NCBI GenBank assembly: GCA_038496445.1
Contig: JALMLS010000467.1
Location: 1 to 55,071 of the forward strand
Source of the DNA: Trichosphaerium sp. ATCC 40318
Lineage: Eukaryota; Protista; Tubulinea
DNA length: 55,071 nt
Direction: 5' to 3'
Numbering within the stretch: the first letter of the stretch is position 1; each line of letters begins with the position of its first letter. A program made the position numbers and the translations under genes. This document shows positions 11,168-25,121 of the stretch, piece after piece. The notes under the pieces were generated by a model. It was not told where the DNA came from. It worked only from the letters and a program-made list of their open reading frames with translations, and ran no database searches.

Positions 11168-14100
11168 ATGATGTCATACACAATAAAACAGGCAACGCAT
11201 CACGTGGTAGCGAAGCAAAGTCTTTCAAGGTCAGCCCTCACAAAAGAAAACTTCCTACTTTTTCAGAGGTGTACGAATGGACCGTTGGAGGCAACACGCC
11301 AAGTTGCTTGTTGGGGTTGGCGGTTTAGTTGACGTTTTGTGCAAGGTATGAGCCAAAAACGTTTGTAATCTCACTAATACTCGAACAGCCTACTTTTAAG
11401 GCGTCGAGAGAGTCGTTTATAGATTTATGGACGCGTTTACAAAATTTTAATACAAATCACTCTACGGTCCCACAAACCGCTGCTGAATGCCTAAAATACT
11501 ACGTGGTTATGTGTAGAAGATTGTTAGAGGAATTACACGCTCACTTCGCAAACAAGACAGAACCAAACCCAAATCCAGAAATTCCGCTCTTATCGCTTCA
11601 AGTACGGTATTGCAAAGTACCACGTAACATGTTAGTAGGACTTAGCGTTCACTGTTACGATATGTGGATCGTTACTAGCTTGGGATGTATCACCAAGTCT
11701 ACCAGTGTCTCTACCCATCAAAAAATACAGCCTGAACAAAATTGTTCAAACACAACCGAAACAAACTCACCAAAACGTATACATCACTATACGCGCAATA
11801 ATAGACTTGCTATCACTAAAAGACGAACAATTAGTGCATCAGATAGTTGATTTATTTTTCGCAAACATTTGGCTTGCACTACAGTTCCTCTCTTGTTTAC
11901 CTTCTGTATCCTCCACGCCTCTTGCAACAAACCCAAGCGCTATGACGCAATTCCAACAATCGTCTAATAAGGCACGTGTAAGTGTTGCTGGTCATGTGAC
12001 TTATAGTTCTTAGGACTCGGATGCATATGGAGCAGAACACATTAGGCCTTGGGCTTTACATCAAGCCAAAGTGTTTTTTTCCTCAGCTGGAACACACGTG
12101 ATTATTCCACAGCTATTGACAGTCCTTGCTATTCATAGAAACAAGAAGGTAGATGCTCGCTTGATGCGTATCATCAGCTCAGGCCTCACAGAAGCTCTGT
12201 TAAAAGAAGGAGGATTTGCAACACTGACGAGAACTTTGATTCATCCAGGCGGTACATTGACGTACTATAATACATCCAATAACGTTCGCAGCTGATGCTA
12301 GAACATATACTATGATTGCTAAAATTGTGTGTTCGACACCAAGCTCTATGGATGATGAACAATATTACAGGTATCTCAACATTTTTTTTTGTTTTTGGTT
12401 AACGCTCTGTTAGCGTTATAGCTCCTCAGGTGTTGTCTTGTATGAAGGTCAAACCAAGGAAAAAAATGACACAGGATATGGCAGATGCTTTGTATCATTA
12501 TAGAGCATCTGGTGCTCATGTGGCTTCAACTTTGTTTGAAGCAAAGCCAAACATTGCCAGGGAATTACTGTTTTTGCCGTTACTAAAACCATTACTTAAT
12601 CAAACAATCGATGCGAAACCAGACCATTTACTAGTTCAAGAGATGGATGCTGATACTAAAAACACTATGGATCCATCCACAAGTGAATGTCTGGCTATTG
12701 TGAGTGGAACACTCTGTTTTCCGCCGAATCCTAAGTTCGCAGTACCAGTGAAAGAATTGGGTAACAAACTTGATATTTTTTTTGACAACTTTGTTTTGAC
12801 GTTATTTTTTTAGCCCTGGACAAACTTTTCTCTATTTTGTGCGTGGTAAAAGGAGAAGACTTTACATCCGCCAGACAGATTATCGCACAGCTTCTTAAAA
12901 GTGACCCACATCCTGCAAAGTTGATTTTTCGCCTGGCTAAAAATAAAGGAAAACGAGGGATTAAAACTTTGGCTTCCACGCTTGATTTCTTGACCAGTAA
13001 TACCTCGTTTATTACTTCCATATTCTTGGATTTACTCCATATTTTGCATATATCAGAAATGTAAGTATTATGAATGTTGGAGTGAATGTTGATTTACATC
13101 ATAGGGTTGATATGTCAGTGGCAGAACATTATGAACTCATGATTCATATTATTGAGATTGCATCGCCGCATGTCCATAAAAAGCCAGTTGAAGTATTGGT
13201 GCTCCTGAAACAGATGCTTGAGAGAGATGATGAATCTATTACAAAGCTTACTTTGGCGATACTCGAGTTGGTTTTGGGTACTACTTTTTTCTTTTCAATC
13301 TTGGCTAACACGACTTCGCTCAGGTGGTACTAATATCGACAGTGCGCAGGCAATTCTAGTATATGATTTAGTACCTACATTAAAGACTATTGTTGATGCA
13401 AAAGCATACGACAAGGTAGTATGTGATAATGCAGAGAGTATTTTGGATACGATTGATAAAAAAGGATGGATCAAAGAAAATAGTATGTTTGCTTTTCTGG
13501 TTTTTTTCTTTCTTTATGACAGGATTGTTTATTTATGTTTGTTGTTAGATACTGTTATGAAGAAGGGAGAAGAAGAGAAAATAATAGAGGACGCATTAAA
13601 GAATATTCAAAGCAGGGTCCTGCCTATTCGCCGTCAAAGTGTCATTCAACTTCGTCAACTTTTCTTCTTAAAATCAAAGGTGGCTTTATCACGACTTGAT
13701 GATATTATAGCTTCCTTCAAATCCCAGCTGACACACAATGACAGGTAATGACATCTCAATTAATATCCTTAAATTATTTACATACAACTAGCTATGTGTA
13801 CTTGAGTGGTGTGTATGGATTAAATGGTCTTGGCGAAATGTTTCCAGCTAAAATTTTGCCGATTTTGTCTGAAATTTATTTATCACCAACTGAGAACCTT
13901 AACTTGCGATTGGCTGTTGGTGAGGCTTTATTACAAATATCGCTTAGATTAAATGAGATGCTTGTCAAACATGGTACATAAACAAACAACTTTAATTGTT
14001 AAGAGAGAAAGGCTAACGTGATTGTTTAGACAATCTTCTTGTGAGTACTTTTCTTAAAGGCATAAATGACAAGGAACCAATTTTTCAAGCAAGTACTATA

Positions 14101-14538
14101 CTTAACCTGGGTCAACTATGTCAAATACTTCGATTCGGATTACATAGTCACCTTGAACAGATTGTTGATTGTATTGTCAATGTGATAAAGTTTGGAGCGC
14201 CAGAACCAAAACAAGGTACACCAATTTCAACTTTTTTGACCTTTCCTTCTATTGGTCCATAATTTTCCTTCAATGTGAGCTATGTTACTGACTTGTATTT
14301 TTCTCTTATAGCTGCACTTGTACTACTTAATCAACTTATTGAAGGCGCATACGATGCTTTATTAACACTTATTCCACATCATTTATTGCCTTTGTATAAA
14401 CTTCTTAAAAATGTTGATACAAGTGACCCTATAGCGTATATGCATGCTGAAGTTGCACTCAAGTCTATAGGAGTACTATGTAAGGATATATTAGTACCGC
14501 AAAAGTCACATGTTGAGTCATTGTTCCAAATAAACTAA
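11168..14538 (+). CDS. TANGO6: Transport and Golgi organization 6 / Rtp1-like ARM-repeat protein
   Basis: Motifs GLTEALLKEGG, IAKIVCSTP, EEQYYSVIAPQV, LPIRRQSVIQLRQL, HNDSYVYLSGVYGL, RLAVGEALLQI and ASTILNLGQLC match TANGO6/Rtp1 from recall. Confidence 0.8.
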
Positions 14539-15200
14539 AAAAAAACAATAGAAAATGTCAAACGTTTTAGTCAAGTATAAGTCGCTCATCCAGCGCAATA
14601 CACCGTGACGTAGTTTTTATGGTGCACAGCACACCTAGGAGCTGTTTGTGATGAAATCACATTATGTAGAGCAGTAAAGTCACGTTCGTTTTTACAACGA
14701 AAAAGTTGGCCAAAAACATTGCGACATTTTTTTTTTTTTGTAAAATGCGAGATTACGGCTATGGCTTCTTGTAATGTACCAGATGGTTTGGAGGTACCCG
14801 AGAACCCACAAAAGCAGCTTATGGTTAGCTTTGGAAACCATAAAGCCAGTACGTAATTTATATACAATTAAACACCTTCTAAAGCGTTTAAAAAGCCCAA
14901 CAAACAGATCAAGCGCATGTACGATCTGACAGGTGGAACACTATTATTCTAAATAACGCAGAGCTTACTGCACGCGTCGCTAGTACGTATTATACATAAA
15001 AATTGATTCCTTACGTCTATGACGGAAATTCAACGCTCATTTTCTCGAACTGTTAATTTATCTTAATTCTATCGTTTTTTAAAGCAATACACGTTCAAGT
15101 ATACCGCGACGAGGGTAAAAAACTAAAACGAAAAGTCTTCAACTGCAAAAAACACTCTACACCTTTCGTCCTGGAAAAGGCTAAAGAACAACATAACGTA

Positions 15201-18200
15201 ATGGTGGCTACATGTAATCACAACGGAGAGCGTAAAATAAAGGTACACTATTTGTTCATCGGACTTTTCTCACTTTTTTGATTTTTAGCTCAAATTTCAT
15301 TGTGGCGAGCGTTGCCTATCCACGCGATCCAAACCTGTATTCTTACAGTTCAAGGCAGTCCATCCAGGTAACTTCCGAGCTACCATTGTAGTTCAATTGA
15401 AAAGGATTATTGTCGCTTTAACACCTATCTAGTAAGCGGAGAAGCTTGGATATCTCATTTTCATCAAATATTCATCACTAGACAGAGCAAACGGAAAGCT
15501 ACAGGTTTTATACAAGTTCGTCAAATCACGTTTTTTCTAACACCATCAAGACACCCCCACAGAGACGTTACAGAGGGCTGTTAAGCGGGCTCGTACTAGG
15601 CAAGATCGTGCGGTGAATAGATTGACTCTAGAGACACGTAGTATGGCTCATGCGGATGATATTGCAAGACAAGTTGTAAAGCATGTTCCACAGCCAACTG
15701 CTAATAATCTGAACTTCTCAATTGACGCTGTACGTCTTTAGAAGTGTTTGTTTGCTACGCTTGAGTTATTGAAGGGTTAAATAAGGTACCTAGGTATGGA
15801 AAGCGGCAGAATTGAGCGATGAACATCCTAAAGGATCACGTATTGCTGCGATTTTACAAGATAATAGACCTCTTGTTTTGGGTCAAATTCTTAAGAGCAA
15901 TGGTAATACACCTTTACATGTCGCTGCTGCCAAAGGTTCTCGTATGTTTGTACGTACGATACTGGGACAATTGAAACCAACAGAGCAACTTGACGCTTTC
16001 TGCAAGGTACATAAGGAGTAAAACAAAGCGAAAGATTGTGTTGATCCATTTTTTCTTTTTTTGTCATCTTAGATTGATATACCTCTTAGACGCTTGATAA
16101 TGATGGATTTTCAGCTTTTGGATATGCTGTAAAGCATAGTCACTATGAGGTATACTTTGGATTTAGAAGTTACGAAGTATTAACTAACCTTGGATTCTAA
16201 TAAGATTCTTGACGAATTTTTTCATATTCTACACGATGATAAGCGTAAGCATGTCAAAGACTGGGATAAGGGCATGGGACCTGATAATATATATCCTCTT
16301 ACTTGGGCAGCTAATAAAGGAGATGCTTCAACACTTCTCACTCTACTTAAAGAAGGTACGCGAAGGAGAAGTTAAAAAATCACGTGCTTTTGAGTAATCA
16401 CAAAATAGGTGCTGGTATAGACAGGTTGTCAAAAAATGATGATACGATTCTTCATGTTTGTGCAAGAAATGGAGGTGTAACGTTTATTCATAAGTACGCT
16501 CTGGAAGATATACTGCAGCGTAAAGGAATAGGTACAAAAAAAAACTGCACCAAAACTCATATTCTCCTTTTTTATAATCTTGTTGCCGAAATAATGCTTA
16601 CATACTCCTTTCAGAAGCTTTGCTTGTTAGAAATGCTAAAGGATATACACCGCTTCACATTGCAGCGGGAAGAGGTCATTTAAGAATGGTCTCTTATCTA
16701 CTTACGTAAGTAAAGTTATTTGACTTTTTCTGTTTTTATCTTTTTTTTCGTTTAACTTTCTTTTTAGGAAGTGTCCTTCAGCTTTACGTATAAAAGATGG
16801 AAAACAATGTACTGCATTACATAGAGCTGCACTCATTGGACATTTTCCTATTGTTAAATTATTTATTTGTAACATAACAACACTTGAAGAGCTTGTCGAA
16901 AGAACTGTACTTGGTGATACCATACTACACCTAGCAGCTAGCAGTACGTTCCTCTAGAACGCTACAACATTTCTATAAATCTTTCAATGTTTTTGACTAG
17001 TCGTTATGTACTAACGTTACTCCCTTGCAGGTGGGAATAAGGAAATGTTCAAGTTTATTATTGATAAGATAAGAGAATTGGCTCCTCAAGAAAGTATTGA
17101 GCAGATAATTCAAAATTGTTTAAATCAAGTCAGTAGAAAAGGTCTGACACCTCTTGGTAGAGCTATAAGGGTGCATCATATTTGTAATAACTGTATAGGT
17201 ATTACTAATAGCTCGTAAATAGGCCAGGCGATGGGGTCTTACCGAGTATTTGATTGGAATGCAAGATGACTTACATCATTTGGTAGGAATTTATTATCAC
17301 AACCGAATTGTTTATTCTCTATGTAGCGTAATCATATGTATAGTACTGTATTACATGAAGCTTGTCAAAGGGATAATCCTATAACGGCAAAGTTGCTATG
17401 GAATCTTAAAGGTAAGCCAGAGCAGTGTGTTCTTGTTTTTTTTAACTTTTTGTACAGACACGCAAAACAAATATGGATGGACACCTATATCGTGCTCGGC
17501 ACGATATGGTGGTGTACAAGCATTAAAAGTTATACTAAATGCACATGGACCTAATGTGGCGGAGAGTGTTAATCATAAGGATATTCACAATCGAACGCCT
17601 CTTCATCATGCTGTAGCGGGAGGTCACGTTTGGCTTACTGAGTTGCTACTCAATACACGTGCGCAAAATATTGTTATGTTAGTGTACTCTTTTATTAATT
17701 GTTTGACAACATAGATGTCATTAATACAAACGTCCGCTGTAATGAACGCAAAACTCCTTTGGATGTTTTGAATTTATGTCTTGAGAGATACAAGGCTCAT
17801 GAACCTGGATCTAAACGAAAGCGTTATGAGAGGATACAGGTACGGATTACTTACACTTTACAATTTCCCTTGGCAAACTAACGTGATCGTTGAAGGAGAT
17901 TTTTTCACGTTTTGGTGTTTCGAAGGTTGACGATGAAGATGCACCTCCTGTTAATGCTATTGAAGATATTTTGGGTAATGTTGATGTACATATTAAACAC
18001 ACAGCTCTTCATCGTGTTGCTTCAGTATACTTTGGAGAAATAACAGACGAGATAAGTAAACTGGTAAGAAGTTATTTCTTATTTTATTCTGTTTATGAAC
18101 TCCGCCTTTGTGACCTTGTTGAGTGTTTTTTAGTGCGAGATGACTACTTATACAACAGCTGATATTCATGGCGATTTACCTCTTCATCTAGCTGCTGCAT

Positions 18201-19411
18201 CAAATAATACAAAGATATTCAAGAGAATGTTTACTGAGCTTTCAGATGACACAAGGATGAAGTGGTTATTACAAAAGAACAATAATTGTTATACACCACT
18301 TCAGGAAGCTGTGGTAATATTATGATTTTATGCCTTAATTATTAAACAATTTTTGTCCATGCGCATTAACACTGATGCGTTGCATTTAACAAACTGCAAA
18401 ACGTGCATAGTTTAACTTTTTTTGGTTATTTTTTTTTGCTGTCGCTGTTAACATCACTTGTAGTTTCATGGCTCGTACGATATTGTTGATTTTATTATTC
18501 AGAGCTTGGACGAAGATGATCGTATTGAAGTATGCTCTTGTATTGACTATGATGCTAATACACTAATGCACACAGCAGCACAAAGCAATGAGGTATTTAT
18601 TGAACTATAAACAATAGCTTTTAATGTTTTACTTAGCCGCTTATAATGCAGTTACTTCTTGATAGTATACCTAATATAAAGACACAATTAAAGGCCGTTA
18701 ATCACAATACTCGAATACCAATAAGTATGGCTGTGGTCTATGGAAGGTAACTTTTTCTTATCAAAAAATTATGTTGAATTTTCTAACAAACGTTTAGTGT
18801 GGAGGTATTTGAGATGCTTCTTTTATTGTGTAGTATTGAAGAAAGATATAAAATGCTTTCAAAAAAAGATGCATATGGATATACATGTATTCACCTAGCG
18901 GCTATCGAAGGACGAAAAGAAATAGTTGAGGTAAAAAAAAGCGAAAAAAAAACTGCAAAGAAACTAGTCATCAAGGTCATTGATTTTATTCTAGATTCTT
19001 ATACGAGAGAAAGCCCAATTATCTGTTATATCTTACCAAGGTTTATCACCTCTTGATAATGCTAAGCAACGGTACTGTGAAGATTTTTTTCTGTTTTTTT
19101 TGAATGTTCTAATCTTTTTTCTTGGCAGGGTCAAAGAGATGGAAACATACTTCCCTGATGAAACAGAAGATAGCAATTTTTTACTTGGACGTTTTAAAGA
19201 AATTGTTAAACTTCTGGAGTATCAAACCAATCCGAGTCCTTCACCCACGTGGGATATTACAGAAGAAATCGTCAGTAAGTCAACAAGCTGTTTTGGTTTT
19301 GTTATGTGATTAACTTTTTTTTCAGATGCACTCCCTTATGACGTAGAGATTGGTGATGGTGCTATGATGGAACTGTTATCTGGAGCCAATAGCACTTCTT
19401 ACTGGACTTAG
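15201..19411 (+). CDS. Large ankyrin-repeat protein, multi-exon
   Basis: Many ankyrin motifs (GNTPLHVAAAKG, GYTPLHIAAGRGH, NRTPLHHAVAGGH, GDLPLHLAA, GYTCIHLAAIEG). Start is approximate. Confidence 0.85.
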
Positions 19412-20254
19412 ACGAAGAAAACCTGTACAGCCAACAATGTATTTTTATAAATTGTACAAGAATTTTAGACATAGGTTGCGAAAAACAAGAAAAAATCGCG
19501 AATCTCTATCACACAATGTTGAATAGTTGTAAGCCTACTATTGGGGGGTCGTATAAGCATATTGTATGTTCAATAGGTCATTTTTTTTTGATCTTTTAAG
19601 AATTTCAGTGAAATGAAACAAGTCATTGCTTTTTGAAGTCCCACAATTTTTTCAAGTTCAATATTGTTCTGTTCTTAAACTCTTCCACTTGTATATTTAT
19701 TAACGGGCATTAGTGTAAATAATATGTATAAACATGAGTGCGCACTCGATGATACATTAGATACTAAAATAATAATATAATGATAACTTGGTCTTGTTCA
19801 ACAAAAAACAAAGTTAAGGAAGTAGAATATGAAAATTAAAAAAATGAACAAGTATCAATTAAAAACAACAGCCCGGAAATAAATTTTGCTTTTTTCCACA
19901 GCTACATTGTCAATCACATATTGAAGAAGGTCATTCAAAAAAGAAAACCAGCTTTGTGCTGAAGTGTAAGCACATTTTGCTTCGGCGTCATTTCTTGATT
20001 TACATTTTGTGACCTAAGGTCGGTTACTTAGTATAAGTTAAGTACGCTGTAGTGCAACGTCTGTCGTCTGCAGTCTGCAAGTTGAACCCTACATTTAGTA
20101 CGTAGTGACAAATTAGCAGCGTCTATGTACTCGTTAAGAATCAATTCACACTCGCTTAAACGCCCGAAGCTCTAAAAAAAGTTCCAGTATCAAAAAACCG
20201 ATCTTTCCCTGGTGACCCTTTTCAAAATAATATCTAATAATCGCTTCCATTAAC

Positions 20255-21943
20255 ATGTGGAATGCGAAAACTGTTTGTTGTACGTAATTACTATAATTCC
20301 AAAAACGTGTATTAAAAACACCAAAGGTACTTGTCTATTGTTTATCATGTTTGTGAGGGGATATAATCACGAATTTTGGAAAAACACAGAAGAATTTGAA
20401 GTAATTAAAATAGGTACCTGCAGTACCAGATTAACTAGTATTCATCTCGTTTTAGTATCACTACTACGCGTGGATGAATACCACCATAGAGTGGTACTGA
20501 AGTTCGAGTTAAACACCACTATGACCTTCATTTGTGTTAAACACTCAGCATACGCGACAAATACAAAAGTACGCCTTAAATTTAATTATCACGTGACTCC
20601 TAAAATTGTTGTAGATACAAATTCAAAATGGCGATAACGAGACATTTATTGATGCGCCTTCAAACACGTTCAAAGCTATAGGAGAAAGCCATCGACATTT
20701 TCGAATTACCAAATACTCTGATGGTACCTTTTCTGGTTTTTGGTACTCAGAACAAGGTCATTGGCAATTCTTCGATGCTCTTAACAGGCACGACCCTCCA
20801 TTGTAGCAAGTTTGCTTACGGAACAAACAAGACACGTGGCATTCATGCTTCCTCGTCACAAGTCGTTGATAGGGAATGGCACTCACTTGGTGTTCAGGTA
20901 TATGTAGCATTGTACTTGAGCTATCACTTACTTTATATATTTAGAGAACCTGAGCAAGCTATAAAAACAGTAAAAAGAGGTGCAGCTGTTGGAGATAAAG
21001 CTCCGCTTTCTCCTCCTCCTTCTTCTTGTCCTGCTGAAATCCACGAAGTTACAGTTGTGCGTTTTAACAACCTTTGTAAGTATTTGTTAACGCTGCGTTA
21101 TAGAGTATTGCTGTAACTGTTGCGTACTTTAATGTTCATAGTAGTATTGAAAACACTGTAAATTTCATTGCTGAAGGTACATTAGACCTTTCATCTAACT
21201 AGCTTAACTACATATTAGCTATCATGAGTCTCAATGTTTGGTTTGAGATTGATTTGGTATGAAAGACGAGACTGAAAATCTTCACCTTTTTACCACCTTT
21301 GACCCCTTTTGTAGAAGTTGCACATCTCAATACAGAACGCTATCGTATACACAACTCAAGGTATATTGATTTCCTTTGAACTCAAGGTATTATTCAACAT
21401 GTAGAACCTTAGTTTTTCTTTCAAGGAAGAGTGCCTTGGAATGTTGAACGCTCAAGCGATTGTGAGAATCCTAGTACTACTTTTGTTCCTGGATGGGAAA
21501 CTCAAATAACTCAATGCTGTGGAACTACAGCAATGGCTATATTATTTCATAATTGTGGAACGTTTTCTTCTTTGCCAAACTCCAGAATACTATGTGGAAA
21601 CGTACGCCCTTTACTTTTTTTTTGAAGTTGTCGCCTACTAAGTGAGTTCCACTCTTAGCCAGCCTTACCTTCCTTCACAATTCCTGATCGCACACCGTTA
21701 ATTACACGTCGTGATATAGGATGGTCTATTGGTAGAATGATTGGAGTGCCTGATGACAATGATGGGATTATGGGCCCATCATCAAGCAATTCGTATGTTA
21801 GGTGTATACTTGCATTTCACTTTGTTAACTTTAGTTAACATAGAAACTCCGGGTTTGACAGGTTTTCTAAAGTAAGCCAAGGACTAGCATGTGATGCAAT
21901 TTCAGGATTAATCAGTACTGGGTGTTTGAAGCCGTATGAATAA
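20255..21943 (+). CDS. Secreted reprolysin/M12B-like protein lacking zinc ligands (putative pseudo-protease)
   Basis: C-terminal DIGWSIGRMIGVPDDNDGIMGP...RFSKVSQ...GCL has the spacing of HExGHxxGxxHD...IM...FSxCS...CL but no His or Glu residues at those positions. Confidence 0.45.
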
Positions 21944-22940
21944 AAAAAACGTTCTTAAAATACTTAACAATTCATTTTATGGGTACATTTCTTTTCTAAG
22001 CTGCGACGTTTTATATTATTGCCTGGAAGAGTGAAGGGCTTACATAGGAGGTGCACCTACCGCTCTCAATGCGAGAAAAACTTAGAGTGAATTTCAGGTT
22101 AACTATTTTGTAATGAGTCCATGCGGACCGTAATTGTGAGGAAAAGACTGACCAAGATTGTAGTTGATTTTGTATGATGTTTGAATGAAGTAATGATTGT
22201 AAGCACTCGTATTTGAACTTGCTGAGGAATAGTTTACGGGAGCACATGCTTCCACCGTGGTAGAAGTGATTGTATTGTAACCAGACAACACGAAGTAGTA
22301 TCAGGAATTGAACCTAGTGCTTAGGTGAAAAGCCAATCCTTTGTCAGAGCTGCAGGCTAGATCAGTGGGAGGTGAGTGAAAGAGGATGCAAGTGACTATG
22401 ACCTGTGCAGTGTTGTAAGCACACTTGAGAGTACGCTAAATGTACATTCTTATTGACACTTGTACGTTTGTTTCTAAGTTTTCAAACATACATTGCAAGC
22501 AAGATCAATCACCATTTGTTTTCCAAATAATGGGTTTAAGACAAAGTAACACATGGTCACTTGCCTGGAGCTGAACTTTTATTACACATGATCAAAGCCA
22601 ATAGGCCGAGAAACACATGAAAAGATACTTCAACACTCTTTTAACCACAATTCCCATATTTGTTGTTGATAGTGATTGATTAAAAATGAAAACTGAGATT
22701 GAAAACGAGTCGAAAATGATTGAAAGGTTCTTGTGATTGATGATCTGATTGATAGTTCATGGATAGGGTTTTCATTATCCAGTATTCAAGGAGTGGCCAT
22801 CAGTCAATCGGATTGTTGACGAAAGTTATAAGATTTGATTGATTTTTTGTTAAGCGCAGAAAACATATTTTAAGTTGCATCTTTAAACATTAAACAACAA
22901 TTACAACAACATCAGCCACACTTCTCATTATTAATCAACA

Positions 22941-23358
22941 ATGTATCTCAACCTATATCTTATTTGCTTCCTCGCTCTAGGTACGTTCATCAAAAAGTTG
23001 CTGTGGACAAAGATTGAATGACAAGCTCAATCTTACTTTTTGTTACAGTTTCAGTTGCTGCCTGCGGCCATCTTGAACCAAAATTGATATTTACTTTGCG
23101 TTATGGTGGGTTAAACCACGAAGATCCTATTAAAGATTGCTCTATTCATAGTACGTCCAGATAACTGATTGGAATGTTTCTTTGATTTATGTTTAACTAT
23201 CACTCAGGTGCTCCTATTCTATTCTGTGTAACAAGCAAAGGAGCCATTGTTAGGGTAGATATCACCAATTTAAAAGGTAACTACCAAAGCTATAAGTGTT
23301 TAACAAAGTAATCTTTAAATTAGGTGAACATTCTTTCGACTCCTTACCACGCATCTGA
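22941..23358 (+). pseudogene. Short, probably truncated secreted-protein gene (4 exons)
   Basis: Signal-peptide-like MYLNLYLICFLALVSVAA with canonical introns; ends after ~80 aa, and stop-interrupted exon-like remnants lie downstream. Confidence 0.4.
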
Positions 23359-23721
23359 GCAAATCAAAACGTCTTTATTAATAAATACATTTCACTTAAT
23401 TGCTTTTGTTTGTTTGTTCATGAAAAATGCTCACTCTGTGTGCTACGTAGCAGTCTGTATCGTTCATTGTTTCCCTATTTTGAGGTTTGTTTTCAACAGA
23501 GCAACAATGCTTTGTTAGTTGTTGGCTTACCGGCTACTTTCTTAGATTAAAAGTAGCCTAAAACGCCTTAAAGTTCTGCACATAGAGTGGTTGAAAGCCC
23601 TCTATCAGCCCTTGAATGCCTTGACTCTATGGTTGTATACTAAATAACCTTATCCCCTACCAATTTCAATCAAAACTCATGTTACTTAACCGCCAGGGCA
23701 AGGTTGTTTCTAGTGATCAGT

Positions 23722-23927
23722 GTAATCATAGGGACACTCAAGGGATATTGGTCAGCAATCAAAGTATTACGGCACCTCGAGTGCCAAGTGATTGAAAACT
23801 ATGGTGGTAGAATATTAACACCTGTAACCACCCTAACCAAAAAACTTATATGTAATCAAAGGGACACACTCAAGGGATAATGGTCAGCAATCAAAGTATT
23901 ACGGCATGGCGGTAGAATATTAACACC
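23722..23927. repeat. Imperfect direct repeat (two copies; the second lacks ~27 bp)
   Basis: gtaatca.agggacac..tcaagggata.tggtcagcaatcaaagtattacggca ... tgg.ggtagaatattaacacc occurs at ~23722 and ~23852. Confidence 0.85.
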
Positions 23928-25121
23928 ATTTACACACTGTGAGTAAGCCAATGGATGGAGGCCTCTGAGATTTTGAGACACCGGATTGTTTGGACTGCAT
24001 TGATACACCACCGTTTGAACACTGAATTCAACCAACCTTTAACGTAAACAAGACTAAGTTTCAATTTCGATTCTAACACTGTCACTTGCAAAGCAAATTT
24101 CAGACCTTTTAGAGATGACAGAAATACCAGTCCGGACCGGTTATGGACCGAAACGCAAAAGAATGGTCTGTAAACAGTCCCAACGGTCGGCTTTCAAAGA
24201 GAGTACCCTTGTCCTATATAAAAGCGCTGTTTTTATGTTGGTGAAGAATGCCGACATGTGTTTTTTCAGTGAGTGTTGCTTTTTATGAAAGTGGCCAATA
24301 ATTTCATCAACAATAGAAGAAAATAGACGACATGCTATGGGAGCTGCAAAAGCAGATTTTGTTGCTGTAGCATAATTGCTAGAACCTCATAGGTAAGTCA
24401 AGGTGTTAGGACTAGGTCAAATAGCGGTTTTGGTTACTCTGTGCTAAACATTAATTCGCTTTGTGTTGTGGTTGCGTTTGTGGAAACCAAGTTTGTTAAG
24501 TGCGCTTATTTTGTTTGTTTACATTAAGTTGACATACCCTTCATGCAAACTCATAGTCAAACAAAGTAAAATATCTTTTGTGAACTAACGCAATTCAACA
24601 TTGAATTTGGATACTACTCCTACAACTTCAGGGTGACCGTACTTCGATTCATAAAATCATAAATGGGTATTAGATTGTCAACAAGAAAAAGAACAAGACC
24701 TAGTGGTGAGGGGCATCATAGAGGAAGAGCAGGCGGTAAAACACGTTTCAGGGTCAGAGCAAGGCGTAGAGGGCATGGAAGACGTTAAGATATCAGCACG
24801 CGGCTGTTCACATGTACTGTTCCAAATCTACGTTCCTACGTGCAGAAATAAATCTAACAACCTCTTGTTTGAAAAAAGAAAAAAGAAATAAATCTTACGA
24901 AAGTCACGTGAAAATATCCTTATAAATTGAAGTCAATCTGAAGTTTGCTTGCGATGTCCTTCTGATAGGTTAACAATACACTGGTCTTGTGACACTCTAA
25001 AATGAGTGGCACCTTGTGAAAAGAGAAGACTTCGCAACACTCACATTTCGCTGAAGCTAAACCGAGAAAAAGCAACGACACTTAATCCTTTTTACAATAA
25101 CTCAGTTTGGATCCATTTTGA

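Noticed and set aside
14640-14700. gtgatga box-C-like motif suggesting a snoRNA
   Set aside because: No suitably placed CTGA box D or terminal stem.
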